Part shown: positions 32,201 through 43,813 of the stretch, one piece after another | Position numbering within the stretch: position 1 is the first letter of the stretch | Layout: every line of letters begins with the position of its first letter | IMG/VR virus record: IMGVR_UViG_3300027734_002590 | Location: 1 to 64,000 of that record | Strand: one strand, 5' to 3' | Length of the DNA stretch: 64,000 bases | From: a virus | Notes under the pieces: generated by a model | Seen by the model: only the letters and a program-made list of their open reading frames with translations | Told to the model about the DNA's origin: nothing | Database searches by the model: none | Made by a program: the position numbers and the translations under genes

Positions 32201-32768
32201 GTGTAGGCATTCTTTCTGCTCGTCCACAATAGTGATACATTCCCGCACAATCAACTCGGCGAACTTTTCTATATCAAAGTTGTGATCGTGCATGAACCTT
32301 TTTGACTCATACACCTGATGCCATGCCCCGCATTCAAGTGCAAGTTTTTCAATTTGGGAGTTCATGTTGTACCTTCACTAATGGTCCTCTTACTTCACGG
32401 GACGGATGTGGTCTAGGAAAACCAGTCAAGTTAATGTACAATGCTATCATCATACAGATGATGACTATTGCATCAACTTTAGATTTCATTCTTCGTGCTT
32501 TCTGATTAAAATAGAAATGGTCGAAATAATAAGCACAGCACCTGCTATCCAGCAAAGTCCTTTTACTATTTCAATTATCACTATCATCCTCTAGATTGAT
32601 ATCAGCATCGCCTGCCTTAGTAGCCGGCGGTCTGCCTGCCTTTTTAGCACCCCATGGGCTTGTAGGAACAGCACCTTCAACACGACCGCTTTCACGATAT
32701 GCGGCGTACTGTATCTTTCCGCCGTTGGCCAGGAACTCTGCCACAGCCTTATTATGTTCTTCGCTCAT
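29282..32768 (-). other. run of ~11 small coupled early genes of unknown function
   Basis: Abutting ORFs 29282-29542, 29539-30105 (QVKEKFGTLRFY motif), 30113-30331, 30328-30687, 30684-30938, 30919-31392, 31389-31595, 31582-31860, 31857-32105, 32102-32365, 32571-32768. Confidence 0.7.
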
Positions 32769-33973
32769 TTAAACACCTTTAAAATCATTGTCTCTGCATT
32801 AAGGCGGCCGTTAAGATTAACTTCGGTTGCCTTAATGTTCTTAAACCAAGTTTCGACTCGCTTGTTAGTATTTTGCTCTTTGAACTCACGCAGTTGGAGT
32901 TCGGGTTTACGTAAAGTTTTCTGCGTAGACTTGTCTGTAAAGTTAGTAATAGTCGTACCCTTAACAGCAAGACCAGCACTACTAAGTGAAGTATAAATGC
33001 CAATCTTACGAGTCTTAGTGTTATAGACAACAGCACCTTGAGCTCCAACAATCTGCGCAGGAGGCACTGACGTTACACCCAATTTATCATCAGTTGCTTT
33101 AAACTTGAGCTTCTTAACCAAGTCCTCTGCGGGCTTAACTTTCTTAGCACGGGGAGCCTTGTTCAACTTAGCTTCGCCTACAATTTGATCACAGGCACTC
33201 ATGATACCTAACAAGAAATCATGCAATTTCTTAATGTTCTTTTTGCTAACGTGTTCATATGCTTCTGCCAACTGTTCATCACAGTCTTTAGTTTGCACTT
33301 CTTCAATCTCTGCAAGCATACGTTCATAAAAACTTTTAACCATACGTGAATGGGCGGGCTTAACACCTTTGCCACGTAACAGGCTAATTGTTTTAAATGC
33401 TTTTGGGTCAAATGCATCTGGATCCATGATCCATTCGTCGATAGCATAGTCCAATTCTTCGCACATCTGTCCAGCCGCATCACGCAGACGCTCTTGGATA
33501 GTTGGAACATAAACAACGGGCTTTGCGGCCACTACTGCTTTTACGTCGTCCTCGTCCTCGTCGTCTTTGCCTTCGTTGATAATCTTAGCAATAGAATCTT
33601 TAAGCCACGCTACGGTGTCACGACCTTCATTCCAGTCTGCACGTTGTCCTGGCATGCCTTTGAGCAAACTGGCCGCAATAGCACCCACTGTAGGTGAGCA
33701 ACGATTATCTTTGGTTTTCTTAAAACTTTGGATTTGTGCTTTGGTGTAATCATTACGAGCCATCCAATCGATAACCTTTGGCTTTAGTTCCTTACCAGAA
33801 CTTTCCAAACGATACCAAGTCATTGCATCACGGAACGCTTTGGCAAACTCGTCACCATTCATGGTTTCGACACCGTCCCATTTTGGACTGTGATCCTTTT
33901 TAGCGTTTGTGCGATGTGCAGTAACCTGTGCTTTGGTTACACGGGTCTTTTTTACTGGTGCTTTTGTTACCAT
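32765..33973 (-). CDS. conserved Lys-rich phage protein, unknown function
   Basis: 402-aa ORF, GGAG RBS, own promoter. Confidence 0.75.
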   Translation of the reverse strand: MVTKAPVKKTRVTKAQVTAHRTNAKKDHSPKWDGVETMNGDEFAKAFRDAMTWYRLESSGKELKPKVIDWMARNDYTKAQIQSFKKTKDNRCSPTVGAIAASLLKGMPGQRADWNEGRDTVAWLKDSIAKIINEGKDDEDEDDVKAVVAAKPVVYVPTIQERLRDAAGQMCEELDYAIDEWIMDPDAFDPKAFKTISLLRGKGVKPAHSRMVKSFYERMLAEIEEVQTKDCDEQLAEAYEHVSKKNIKKLHDFLLGIMSACDQIVGEAKLNKAPRAKKVKPAEDLVKKLKFKATDDKLGVTSVPPAQIVGAQGAVVYNTKTRKIGIYTSLSSAGLAVKGTTITNFTDKSTQKTLRKPELQLREFKEQNTNKRVETWFKNIKATEVNLNGRLNAETMILKVFK

Positions 33974-34004
33974 TTACCACTCCTTAGTGTTTCAATATGT
34001 ATAT

Positions 34005-34033
34005 ATTGTACAGTCTTTATTTGGTTTTGTCAA
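34005..34033 (-). promoter_or_regulatory. sigma70-type promoter
   Basis: TTGACA-17-TACAAT. Confidence 0.75.
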
Positions 34034-34049
34034 TACCTTTTTTACCAAA

Positions 34050-34571
34050 TTATACAGATTTTTTGATTGACTGTAGGTATTCCAAAAATTGAATTTGTGT
34101 TTCGGCGCTCATATCGTTGAATTGATCCGCCGCTACTGCCCAACGCTCTTCATCTGTGTTTATGTTGCTTTTGCTAGTGTTCAACCTATGACAACGAATC
34201 CGCATATTTTCCGGAATGTTTTCGCCACCTTGCTCTTTTGGAATAATATGATCAAGATGTGGAAAATGCAACACCGCATCTGTTATGTTGTTTTTTCCAC
34301 GACCCCAATCATAATAGTACTCATTTATCCCGTCAGGAGACCATTTTACAGATTCCTGAAGATTATGTTCGATAAACCAATCTGCTTGTTCTTTCGTCCA
34401 TTTATATTTTGATTTGTAGTAACCATAAATTTCTAATTTGAACAACAGATAGGGGTCATCGTAGTTGTCGCAAAAATAATTATAAAGCTCTTGATTAAAA
34501 TAGGTGCCCTCTTCTTGTCCAGAAAAGAGCTCCCTACTTAAAATTGCCTTATTGATTTCCTCGCGGGTCAT
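34050..34571 (-). CDS. HNH-family nuclease
   Basis: LDHIIPKEQGG...N...C..LNTSK. Confidence 0.8.
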   Translation of the reverse strand: MTREEINKAILSRELFSGQEEGTYFNQELYNYFCDNYDDPYLLFKLEIYGYYKSKYKWTKEQADWFIEHNLQESVKWSPDGINEYYYDWGRGKNNITDAVLHFPHLDHIIPKEQGGENIPENMRIRCHRLNTSKSNINTDEERWAVAADQFNDMSAETQIQFLEYLQSIKKSV

Positions 34572-35797
34572 GCTACCTTCAATGGTTTGCGTTTTGGAGG
34601 AGCCTTAAAGTCACCTAGGGTTTTTTCAATGTCTTCACCGCGATAATTGATTGGTGCCCAATTCTTTTCTGGATAACTTATCTTACAAAGTTTACCTATA
34701 CCTGCCGCTATTTTCCGAGGCTCTGGACATTCTAAGAAATGAGCGCCACGACCGCTTTCTAGATAATCTGTAAAAGCGGCTTTGATGTCAAGGTGCATTC
34801 CTGTTTTTTTAGGATCAGTGTACTTGTACAATAACGATTCCTGTATCGCCCAATCAAGTTCCATTGGATCGGTAAATGTACCGTTGTTTTCTTGTTCTTT
34901 CAAGAATTCAAAAACACCCCAACAATTACCAGTAGCTAGCGCCGCCTTAGGAAATACATTACAAATAATAGCAACACCTCGCTCATAAATGTCTTCGCCG
35001 TAGTGGCCGTAGTATGTTATCATATTACCGACGCCTGTACATTCCTTTGCTCCAACGTCTTTAGCAGGGACCTTCTCAATAAAGCGACTGCCGTATCGTG
35101 CATGGATATCAAAGATAGCTTCGCATCTAATATCAGAGTCAATTAAGTCTGTACGGTTTTCTGCTTTACGAACCTGATTACGTCTTACTTGAATGCGGAA
35201 CTCGTCAAACGGACTAGCTGATAATGTATGCAAGTTATCAGTGGCATACAAGTCTACGTCAACACTTTCTAATTCACTTTCTTGTCCTTCAAACGGAATC
35301 TCTGTAATGCCGATAATAATACAGGCAACAGTCCTATGTTGTGCATTATTAACATTAATTGTTCCGTCTTTAAGATATCTTGCTAGACCCATTAATACAT
35401 GATCTGGATTAAACGGAAATAAAATATCAGCTAACAAGTGTTGAAGTTTAATACCACGCTGAACAGAATTATTTTTGTAGAGTTTACTTACATGAAAATA
35501 ATGTGATGCATGACGACGCATTGCTCGATTTTGAATAGTTGTACACCAATCCAAGTCAACACCATTAAGTGCTTTCGACCGCTCAAGGATTAATAGGATC
35601 TTATTAACAATTTGATAAAAACTAGGACGAGGACCTAGATCGTCGGTAGAAACATATTCCGGAACCTGTGCAATAATTGCCTCAATTTCCTGTGTCGTAA
35701 ATTTGGAGATGTGTTTCCTTGAGCTTGTTGGGCCAAAAACTTTAATTAAGTCCTGTCCAAAATTAGCTCTAGGATCTGCGTGTTGATTAAATGCCAT
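34568..35797 (-). CDS. ParB/DGQHR-like domain protein
   Basis: VQR motif and INVNNAQHRT resembling (I/V)DGQHR. Confidence 0.5.
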   Translation of the reverse strand: MAFNQHADPRANFGQDLIKVFGPTSSRKHISKFTTQEIEAIIAQVPEYVSTDDLGPRPSFYQIVNKILLILERSKALNGVDLDWCTTIQNRAMRRHASHYFHVSKLYKNNSVQRGIKLQHLLADILFPFNPDHVLMGLARYLKDGTINVNNAQHRTVACIIIGITEIPFEGQESELESVDVDLYATDNLHTLSASPFDEFRIQVRRNQVRKAENRTDLIDSDIRCEAIFDIHARYGSRFIEKVPAKDVGAKECTGVGNMITYYGHYGEDIYERGVAIICNVFPKAALATGNCWGVFEFLKEQENNGTFTDPMELDWAIQESLLYKYTDPKKTGMHLDIKAAFTDYLESGRGAHFLECPEPRKIAAGIGKLCKISYPEKNWAPINYRGEDIEKTLGDFKAPPKRKPLKVA

Positions 35798-35832
35798 ACA
35801 AAATACCTTTCTGTGTGTTAATGTATGTATAT

Positions 35833-35861
35833 ATTATACAACCATTAAGTGGTTTTGTCAA
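35833..35861 (-). promoter_or_regulatory. sigma70-type promoter
   Basis: TTGACA-17-TATAAT. Confidence 0.8.
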
Positions 35862-38800
35862 GAGTCATCTTCAGGCCACTCTGAAGGAATCCAACCAATT
35901 TTTTGGAAGTCTGCTCGAATTTCTTCAGTAACTGTGGCTTCTGGAACATACTTAGTACGGTTTTGCCATTCTTCAAATGACTCGCTATCTTTGTCCCAAT
36001 CTCCAGCAAGTCCGCCCATGCCACTACAGTACCAATCTACGTAGTCACCTTTTTGTAGCATATCTGCCACAATGCCGCCAGCTGAACGCCACGAGCACGA
36101 CCAGTGCTCATCTTTTAGAATTGGAAAGGTATCTAACTTTTGCCAGCGCATATTACACATAGCGGCATAGATGTTTTGGGCATAGTCATCTCGAGTGCGA
36201 GCTTTTTCCAAAATCCAATCAGTAGTACGCAGATCGTACTCTAAATCATTGTCTGGACGATTCTCGTATTCTGATTCTTCTGCCCAACTTTCGTACATTT
36301 GAATAATAGAAGCGTCGGGCTCTTTTCCCTCTTTCTTACACCGTTCAATGTATCCGTTTTTTTGAAAAGTGTGCCGTTCAGGGCTTTTGGAAATTTTCGA
36401 CATCCTGTACTGCTTTCTTTAAAGTTTCAGCATAGTTAAGGGCTTGTTGCTTGGTCATAATAATATTGGCTTCGTATTCCACGTGACCTTTGGTAAGCAA
36501 GATCCAAATAGTTTGCCAACGATTGAGACTCCACCATTTAGATTTTTGTGTTGTATATGTTGTAACAGTAACACGATGATCGTCTGCTTCAACCCAAACA
36601 TTATGATCGTGATTAGCGTCCTGACATTCGCATACTACTTGATAGGCAATAGCATCACCCCAGTTGTTGCGTTTCAGGATGCCTTCTGCTGGAACCTGTG
36701 ATTTCATTGTAGTGTTTCGCCAGGTGCTAATTTTTTAACTTTATGTCTAGTATCAGAAATACTATCAACCATTGAATCAAAATCATCTTCTGATAAAATA
36801 GTTTTATAAATTATTAATGCGTGAGCAGTAAGAATTCCTGCAATCTCAATAGGATTAGAACCAGATGCCATCAGTTCAGAATGCATTTCCCAATACTTGT
36901 GATAAAGTTTTTCTAATTGATCATCCATCATTGTAATTTCCTTGGGGTTATTTCTTTTTCATATGCACGAGTTAAAATTTCAATTTCCTCTTCGCTTAAA
37001 TCATCTAGGTCGAGAGGTCTTGATTTTTCTTGGGCTTCACCACTTTGGACCATTCGAGTAATTTCCTCGACTAAGCTGTCGAGCTCTTCTTGAGTTCCGT
37101 CAAAATTGTCAAAGCATCCCGGGGCAAATTCAATTTTAACTTCTTCCGGTACAGCGTTATCGGGTGTTTTACTACTTGTCATGATCTACTTTCAGTTTGT
37201 GTTGATATTCACGTTTAAGCCAATATTTGTATTTGTTCCAATACTCGTGTTGAAGCAAGGGATCTTCACCGTATATACGATGTTCTTCGCAGTTTTCCTG
37301 CCAAAGATCATGTACCCATTTTCTGAACGGCGTCCACTTTTTCATCTTCAACCCCTTTCCTGATTATACCATATTGATTATACAGCCAGTTGATAAAAAG
37401 TTCAACCTGAATTTCATTTGAAATGCCCATTTCTTGATAATAAACTTTGAGAGCAATTTCGATTCTCTCAAACATTTCCTGTTCAGTTAGTTTCATAATG
37501 CTTTTTACGTATTTCTAAATCTATACGATCTGCAATCTTCCACTCTGGAGCATTTAAAATACCTTTATCTTTTAGAATAAAAATGTGGTCTGGAAATCTA
37601 GATTTTAAATGATCTACAACATCTTCGAGTGTTTTACCCTGTCCGAGAAATTCTTTAGTGTCTGCATCATACCAATATTCAACTTCACCGACTGTTTCGA
37701 TTTCAACATTGTGGATTAACTCGTCGAGTCGTATTCTAAGATTGTCACGCATATCCTTAATTGTAGATATTTTTGCAAGGAATCTTATTACCTGAATCGA
37801 CCCATAAATTATAAATCCCCAGATGATAATATCAATCATTTCTTACTCCAATGAAAAGGACACCGTTTCTTTTTTGGCAACCATGTTTTATTTTTGATCC
37901 AATCATGCGCCATTTCGTATAACTTATTTAATTTAACATTCTTTACATAGTTCTTTAATACTACCATTCCGTACATTGTTTTAAGCAATTCGTCATTCTG
38001 GTCGACTCGCTCGAGTTCGACTTTACGATCCTTTGGATCTATAAATCGTATATAAAATATAGGGTCTCCTCTTTTAAATACCAATGGTTGGCTAGGATCT
38101 AAGACTTCAAAGGTAAAGTCAACAGGTCGAACCCATCGATGAATATTATAAGTTCCCGGAATAACACGCAGATTTCGTAATGCCGGAGTATCGTGCATCA
38201 TCGCAGGAAGTGCTTCTAGTATTACATCTTCATCTGCTACAAAAACTAGTTTAGGTCCAAGAGTTACAATAGGTTTGTTTGGGTTGGCAAAGTCGTTGGG
38301 CCTTCGTATAACCCATTCTTTATAAAACTTTTGATCATATCCTGCCCCCTCAAGTGTAACAGTTTTGATATCAGTTTTGACTGTTATTGTAATATCGATA
38401 GGACTGCGTATAAGAAAAGTATTTTTAAAGTATCCAGTGATACCCGGACATGGTAATATGTCACTATTTGGCCTATCAGCCGCAATGCTTTTATATGCAG
38501 GCTCGGGCGGTTGTACTGCTAAATGTTGCCATTCTGAAAAGTAACCAAAACTTTCGCTAGGATTACCCTCATTATGGACAAAAGGAGTCCAACCAACTTT
38601 TAATATATCGTTCATGTCCAGAGGCTTCCGCGGATTTTGATAAGACGAATCATCATTTGTTCTTCTTCTTTTTCGTAGTCTGCCTCCATCTTACGAAGTT
38701 TCTTCATAGCAATATCACTAGCCTTTTTAAGTTCAGGAGTCTTATCTCCGCTAAAACTCAAACGGCCACCATTAGCTAAACGACTTGCTTCGCAATAAGC

Positions 38801-39448
38801 AGTCCATCCACTTGCGTCATATGGATCAGGACGATTACGATAGGTAACAGTCCACCAAGTGTAAAGCTCGATAATTTCCTTAGCGGCCTTTGCTTGATAA
38901 GTTGGCTCACCGAATCCTTTGCTACCTGGTTCGGCACCCATGTCTTCACCTACAGTAAGACCGCTAGCCCATTTTAAGTATTCCATGCCAGCTTCTGGGC
39001 AACGCCAAGTACGCCAACGTAGCCAACCGCTACGATACCAAGGCACGTTGAACTTGGTCTTAGCTTCATCACTCCAAATACAGTGATGCCATGCTTGTTC
39101 TATTTCAACGAAGTCCACAAGTTCGTTAAACATACATGGCAAAAACCTATTACCAACGTCATTCCAACTGCCAGGAGCGATATCACGAGGGTGAGCGGTA
39201 AGACGATGACTGTGACTAACCCAACGATTATTAATATAGTATCTAATATCATTGAGTTTATCAGGGATATAATACACAACTTTTTGAGCATAATCTAATC
39301 CTTCTTCAGCAATCCACCAACGGATAGGATGTGCGACTTTGGCTTTATCTTCCCAGTCGTTCCACTCTTCGCTAGTGCCGCACTTGAGCTTAGGTGTGCC
39401 ACGAAGCCAATCTGCAAACTTACTAATGGTCCAATAATGACTACGCAT
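35858..39448 (-). other. cluster of hypothetical phage genes
   Basis: Coupled ORFs 35858-36403, 36378-36707, 36704-36931, 36928-37182, 37308-37496, 37483-37839, 37836-38615, 38612-39448. Confidence 0.7.
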
Positions 39449-39461
39449 TTGTATTCCTTAA

Positions 39462-40157
39462 TTATTTTCTATCACCAAATAACTGCAACAAGTTAATGAA
39501 CAAGTTGATAAAGTCCATGTACAATGTTAGTGCTCCACGAACTTCTGCGGCGGGCGTAGTATCTACACTTAGTTCTTCACGGATCTGTTGCGTATCGTAT
39601 GCTGTTAATCCTAAGAAGATGATAATTGCTAACGCACTGATAACCATAGCCATGACACTTGATCCAATAAAGATATTGACAATGCTAGCAATTACAATAG
39701 CAACCAAGCCAATAAACATAAACTGCCCAAGGCTGTCTAGACTACGTTTGGTAAAATAGCCATAAAAGCTCATAGTACCAAATAGAATTGCCGCGCCCAT
39801 AAATGCTGATACAATACTCCCCATAGTGAACACAGCAAAGATTGTGGCAAAGCTCAAGCCCATAAGTGCCGCAAATCCGTGCAAACATAACTGTGCTACA
39901 CCTTTACTAGGATTGTTAGCCAATACTGCAGAAATACCAAATATTGCTAATAGCGGTGAAAAGATTACAATCCATTTTGTTACGCCTGTAAAAAAGAACT
40001 GCAATAATTCTGGGCTAGTACCAACAAAGTAACTAACCAACATTGATACGATGACAGCTAGACTCATGTGTCCATATACACGACCCATAGCTGAATTAAT
40101 TTCTCCGGCGGAACGATAGTTCATTACGCCATTATCCATATAATTAGAACCAAACAT
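39462..40157 (-). CDS. Bax inhibitor-1/YccA family membrane protein
   Basis: Seven TM helices; AYDTQ and ALTLYMDFINLF. Confidence 0.92.
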   Translation of the reverse strand: MFGSNYMDNGVMNYRSAGEINSAMGRVYGHMSLAVIVSMLVSYFVGTSPELLQFFFTGVTKWIVIFSPLLAIFGISAVLANNPSKGVAQLCLHGFAALMGLSFATIFAVFTMGSIVSAFMGAAILFGTMSFYGYFTKRSLDSLGQFMFIGLVAIVIASIVNIFIGSSVMAMVISALAIIIFLGLTAYDTQQIREELSVDTTPAAEVRGALTLYMDFINLFINLLQLFGDRK

Positions 40158-40158
40158 T

Positions 40159-40530
40159 TTATTCTCCTTTAATAAATGGTTTGAGATCGGGCGATACCCA
40201 GCCCACGGGTTTTAACACCTTACCATCTTCACGCTTACGCACCTTACCATCTTCACCAATCTTGGCAAAGTTCGTACTCATTACTTCTTTCCAAGCACCT
40301 TCGGCATCACTGCCCATACTATGAATTGCTCCAATGGTAACAACTAAAATGTCAATAAGAGCATCGAGTGTTTCTACTTGGTCGTGTGCTCGAATAGCAT
40401 CGGCAAGTTCATTAGCTTCTTCTTCAATCAATGTAACATACAAATTAAATTGATCTTCGTCAAACTTGCCACCGACTGTTTGATCGCAGGCTCGCATAAA
40501 TTTTTCTTGATCACGAAACGGGTTTGTCAT
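40159..40530 (-). CDS. MazG-like NTP pyrophosphatase
   Basis: LIEEEANEL, DALID, REDGKVLKP. Confidence 0.88.
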   Translation of the reverse strand: MTNPFRDQEKFMRACDQTVGGKFDEDQFNLYVTLIEEEANELADAIRAHDQVETLDALIDILVVTIGAIHSMGSDAEGAWKEVMSTNFAKIGEDGKVRKREDGKVLKPVGWVSPDLKPFIKGE

Positions 40531-41067
40531 TTACTTGTTCCTTATTATCAATAACATTTCTTTATATAGTCTAAAAGTATTTTCAGCATCATCTAATGCA
40601 TCATGCTTTTTTCCCTGAAACTTCAAATTATACTTAGTCATTACCTTGCTGAGGCCACCTTGAACGGGAAGCCCTTTAGCAATACATTCACTAACATAAA
40701 GTGTTTTTGCATCAATCCATCTGCGACCAAACGGCCAATCCATTCGATCCTCTACGGGTAGCTGATCAAAAATTTCCTGACTATCGCCGCCACCCCATGT
40801 TAATGGATTCATGAATGTTGAATGTCTTAGATGAAATTCTTTAAGTTGTAGATACGCTTCGGTTAGTGTTACGCCTTCTTTGTCAATAACTGATTGAGTG
40901 ATTCCAGTAAGGTCAATAATGAATTGGGATAGCGGTTCTTGGGGATTTACATAAACTTTTAAGCGGTGAGTGATATCACCAGTATTAGTGTCTCCAACAA
41001 CTGCGCCAATTTGGATTATTTTACCACTGGGTTGATTTAATTCTAAATCGATACAAGTTAGTTTCAT
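40531..41067 (-). CDS. DEDDh 3'-5' exonuclease
   Basis: IDLE, IIQIGAV, LTGIT, HDALDDA. Confidence 0.9.
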   Translation of the reverse strand: MKLTCIDLELNQPSGKIIQIGAVVGDTNTGDITHRLKVYVNPQEPLSQFIIDLTGITQSVIDKEGVTLTEAYLQLKEFHLRHSTFMNPLTWGGGDSQEIFDQLPVEDRMDWPFGRRWIDAKTLYVSECIAKGLPVQGGLSKVMTKYNLKFQGKKHDALDDAENTFRLYKEMLLIIRNK

Positions 41068-41073
41068 GCTGTT

Positions 41074-41102
41074 AGTATAGCATGTAATTTAGGTTTTGTC
41101 AA
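41074..41102 (-). promoter_or_regulatory. sigma70-type promoter
   Basis: TTGACA-17-TATACT. Confidence 0.75.
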
Positions 41103-42148
41103 GTTATTCTTTCAACAGGATTACCAAATTTTAGATAATATTCTGTAATATGCTTTTCTTGGAATGTAGCAGTTATCAAATACTTGTGACCCCAATTTAT
41201 AGGGTCAGCCATCCTATGCCACACTGGAGTTTCTATAGCACGTTCCATAACCCATTGTCCAATAGGACTTTGTTGCCAATTATACAATGGTTCGGCCGCA
41301 TACAAATCGGGGTCCTCGACATCTCCCATAATAAAGCTATGTACAACAATTTCTTTAGTAGTCACGACCACTTCATTAAGAACCATATACTCCCCGGGCT
41401 TTCTAGCTCGATGCCTGTGGGATACGATGTTCTGGAAATCCAATCGCCAATCATTCTCCGATCTTGCCAGCCTTGACAGGGGCACCCTTGCTTGGAAATC
41501 CATTCCGTGAGATCCGATTGCCATGTTTCTAACCTCTCATAATATCCGTCGTAATGCCTAGGCCAATATCCATGATCAGCGTAAAAGGCCTGCATTAAGT
41601 CGTTAAACACTCTAGTGCCGTGCTCCCCATCATGAAAATTTATACGTATTCTGCCCATCTTAATGCAAATATTGTTGCGTCTTGTTTGCGCTTGAACTCA
41701 AACGTATAAATGGCAAAACCGATATGATCCATCCACAAGTCCCAATGGTCGAGATCGATATGGTCACGGCACCATTCGCCTGCTTCGTAGCCAGCCCGTG
41801 CTCCTTTGATCTTAATCCTGATCGGGTTCTTGTTCACCGTCATTGTCAGGAGTTTCAGTTAGTCCAATTCCCGCTCTAGCTAAAAACTTTCTAGCCGCGG
41901 CGGGATTTTGTAAAGCTTCACGAATAGATCCTACATGCCCGTCTTTAGTCTGACTAATGTTGTGCCAAGTTCTAACTTCTAACAGCGGTTCTATCTCTGT
42001 TGGAACAGCAACAATGTAATGTTCATCTGCAAAGTTTTCAATCATGCAGGTATGAACTACCTTGCCTTTGACGCTGACATTAAAACGACTGTCGATACCG
42101 TATATCCATACTGTATCGCCGATGCTGTATTGTTTTTTTACTTTCATG
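41099..42148 (-). other. four small hypothetical genes
   Basis: ORFs 41099-41386 (DVEDPDLYAA), 41362-41658, 41640-41843, 41812-~42147. Confidence 0.6.
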
Positions 42149-42533
42149 CAAACACTAACCAAGCTAAACAAATATACACAATCTGATGTGACATTTGATC
42201 TAATCCTAAATGACTCCAAAAAGCAGGAGTTTGGATATCTCTATTACCGTAATTCATTTTTAGCCAATCAATATGATAATGAGTGGTAAAATCTAAAAAT
42301 GCAACAACTGCCGCAAATAATACATACGGCCATCCAGTTATGATTAACACAACTATGAAGGTGCCTAATCCGTGCTTAATGCTGTGCCAGGCACCCAGTT
42401 TATCACCGTAAATGCCTTTACTAGCAACTTCTTCAGTTGTTTGATTAACAAAGTCAATGTACCAATGCTTAATTTGAATTAGTACAAGGAACCAAAAAAG
42501 ACTACTCAGCATTAACCGTACCCTTGGCTTCAA
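42144..42533 (-). CDS. DUF3307-like membrane protein
   Basis: KHWYIDF, HSIKHG, HYHIDW, LDQMSH His-rich pattern. Confidence 0.7.
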   Translation of the reverse strand: MKPRVRLMLSSLFWFLVLIQIKHWYIDFVNQTTEEVASKGIYGDKLGAWHSIKHGLGTFIVVLIITGWPYVLFAAVVAFLDFTTHYHIDWLKMNYGNRDIQTPAFWSHLGLDQMSHQIVYICLAWLVFA

Positions 42534-42663
42534 GCATATCTTTAATAAACTTTAAAGCCTTTCGGTTAGTGTCGAAAATATATTCTTCGTCAAGGTCTGC
42601 GGTACGTAGTAATACGATTACACCGTTTTTAACTTTACGTAACTCAATTGCTTCAAAGTCCAT
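42502..42663 (-). CDS. small hypothetical protein
   Basis: Manual translation MDFEAIELRKVKNG..., 53 aa with RBS. Confidence 0.55.
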   Translation of the reverse strand: MDFEAIELRKVKNGVIVLLRTADLDEEYIFDTNRKALKFIKDMLEAKGTVNAE

Positions 42664-42672
42664 GGGATCCCC

Positions 42673-43416
42673 TTATTGTGGAACTGAAAGATTATAATTA
42701 AAATGGAAGATACCGATATGAGAAATTTCTTTACTCAATTCGTGATCACACCATACATCGAAACCTGCTTCTTTTGCTTTGTTGCAGAAGTAGATATCTT
42801 CACCAATTTCAAGATTAATTTCTGGAATGTAATCTTGTAGGTAATGTGGTTGCGGAATTTTTTCGTAAACAGAACGATGAACCATAACGCAACCATGTGG
42901 TAGGACATCTACCTTTTGCATTGCTGGACTGTTGTCTTCTGTTACTAATTCAGTGTACTTGCCAGCAGTACCCATCATACCAGTAAATCCTGGATTTGGA
43001 AAACGGCGTCTACGATAGTTAGCACCGACTAGTGCTACTTGACGCTTGAGCAATTTGATAGGTGCATCGATTGGAAACTTCATGTCTGAGTCAACCCACC
43101 ATGCATAATCAAAATCACTCTTAAGGAAGATGTCAGTTAGGTTGCGTCGAGCAATAGTAATAACACTACCAATGTTAAATGCACAATTAATTTTAATACC
43201 ATTAGCAACCATATTAGCCGCGGCCATTGCTAGGTGTTGTGCAAATTCTGCATTAACCATTTCCATTGCTGGAACAAGGATCATAACACTAGGGTTTTTC
43301 TTATCGCCCTGTTGGGCAGGTGCTGAAGATTGTTGTGGCGGACTAGCAGGTTTTGCTTGCTGTGCAGGTTGTTGCGGAACCTGCGGCTTAACATTAATGT
43401 TTAGTTTCTTTTTCAT
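42673..43416 (-). CDS. GT-A fold glycosyltransferase-like protein
   Basis: ARRN, WVDSD (DxD), GEDIYFC, HIG. Confidence 0.8.
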   Translation of the reverse strand: MKKKLNINVKPQVPQQPAQQAKPASPPQQSSAPAQQGDKKNPSVMILVPAMEMVNAEFAQHLAMAAANMVANGIKINCAFNIGSVITIARRNLTDIFLKSDFDYAWWVDSDMKFPIDAPIKLLKRQVALVGANYRRRRFPNPGFTGMMGTAGKYTELVTEDNSPAMQKVDVLPHGCVMVHRSVYEKIPQPHYLQDYIPEINLEIGEDIYFCNKAKEAGFDVWCDHELSKEISHIGIFHFNYNLSVPQ

Positions 43417-43544
43417 TCTTTACCTTTTTTTTTAATGATTGTTGGCTTAGTCTTTTTGACTGTGATTCACTCCACAGCGCAGGACCTGTACTATCTAATT
43501 TATCTGAAAAAATTTCCTCAAGAGGCAAGTGTGAGTGTTGTGTG

Positions 43545-43778
43545 CTAGTTGTCACTACTTAATCCCATAAAAATTAATTCACGTTCGTGAACATGAGCAA
43601 TAGGTTTGAGCCACCCGTGATTAATACATTCAGCAATAAGATTTCGATAATTTTCCGGGCATCGTTGAGTAATTTCAAAACCAGCTCGTTGGGCGGTGAC
43701 AAAATCATCCACAATGGTAAATCGTGGATCACCTGGTTTGATAGTGCGGATCTTACTTTGATGTATTTTAATACTCAT
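43545..43778 (-). CDS. small hypothetical protein
   Basis: ORF downstream of promoter 43785-43813 (TTGACT-17-TATAAT). Confidence 0.6.
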   Translation of the reverse strand: MSIKIHQSKIRTIKPGDPRFTIVDDFVTAQRAGFEITQRCPENYRNLIAECINHGWLKPIAHVHERELIFMGLSSDN

Positions 43779-43813
43779 GCTAATATTATAGCACCAGTAT
43801 TATTAAAAGTCAA

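Noticed and set aside
43420-43545. Possible riboswitch upstream of the glycosyltransferase
   Set aside because: Only short hairpins (CTGTG/CACAG, AGTC/GACT); no recognisable aptamer or expression platform.
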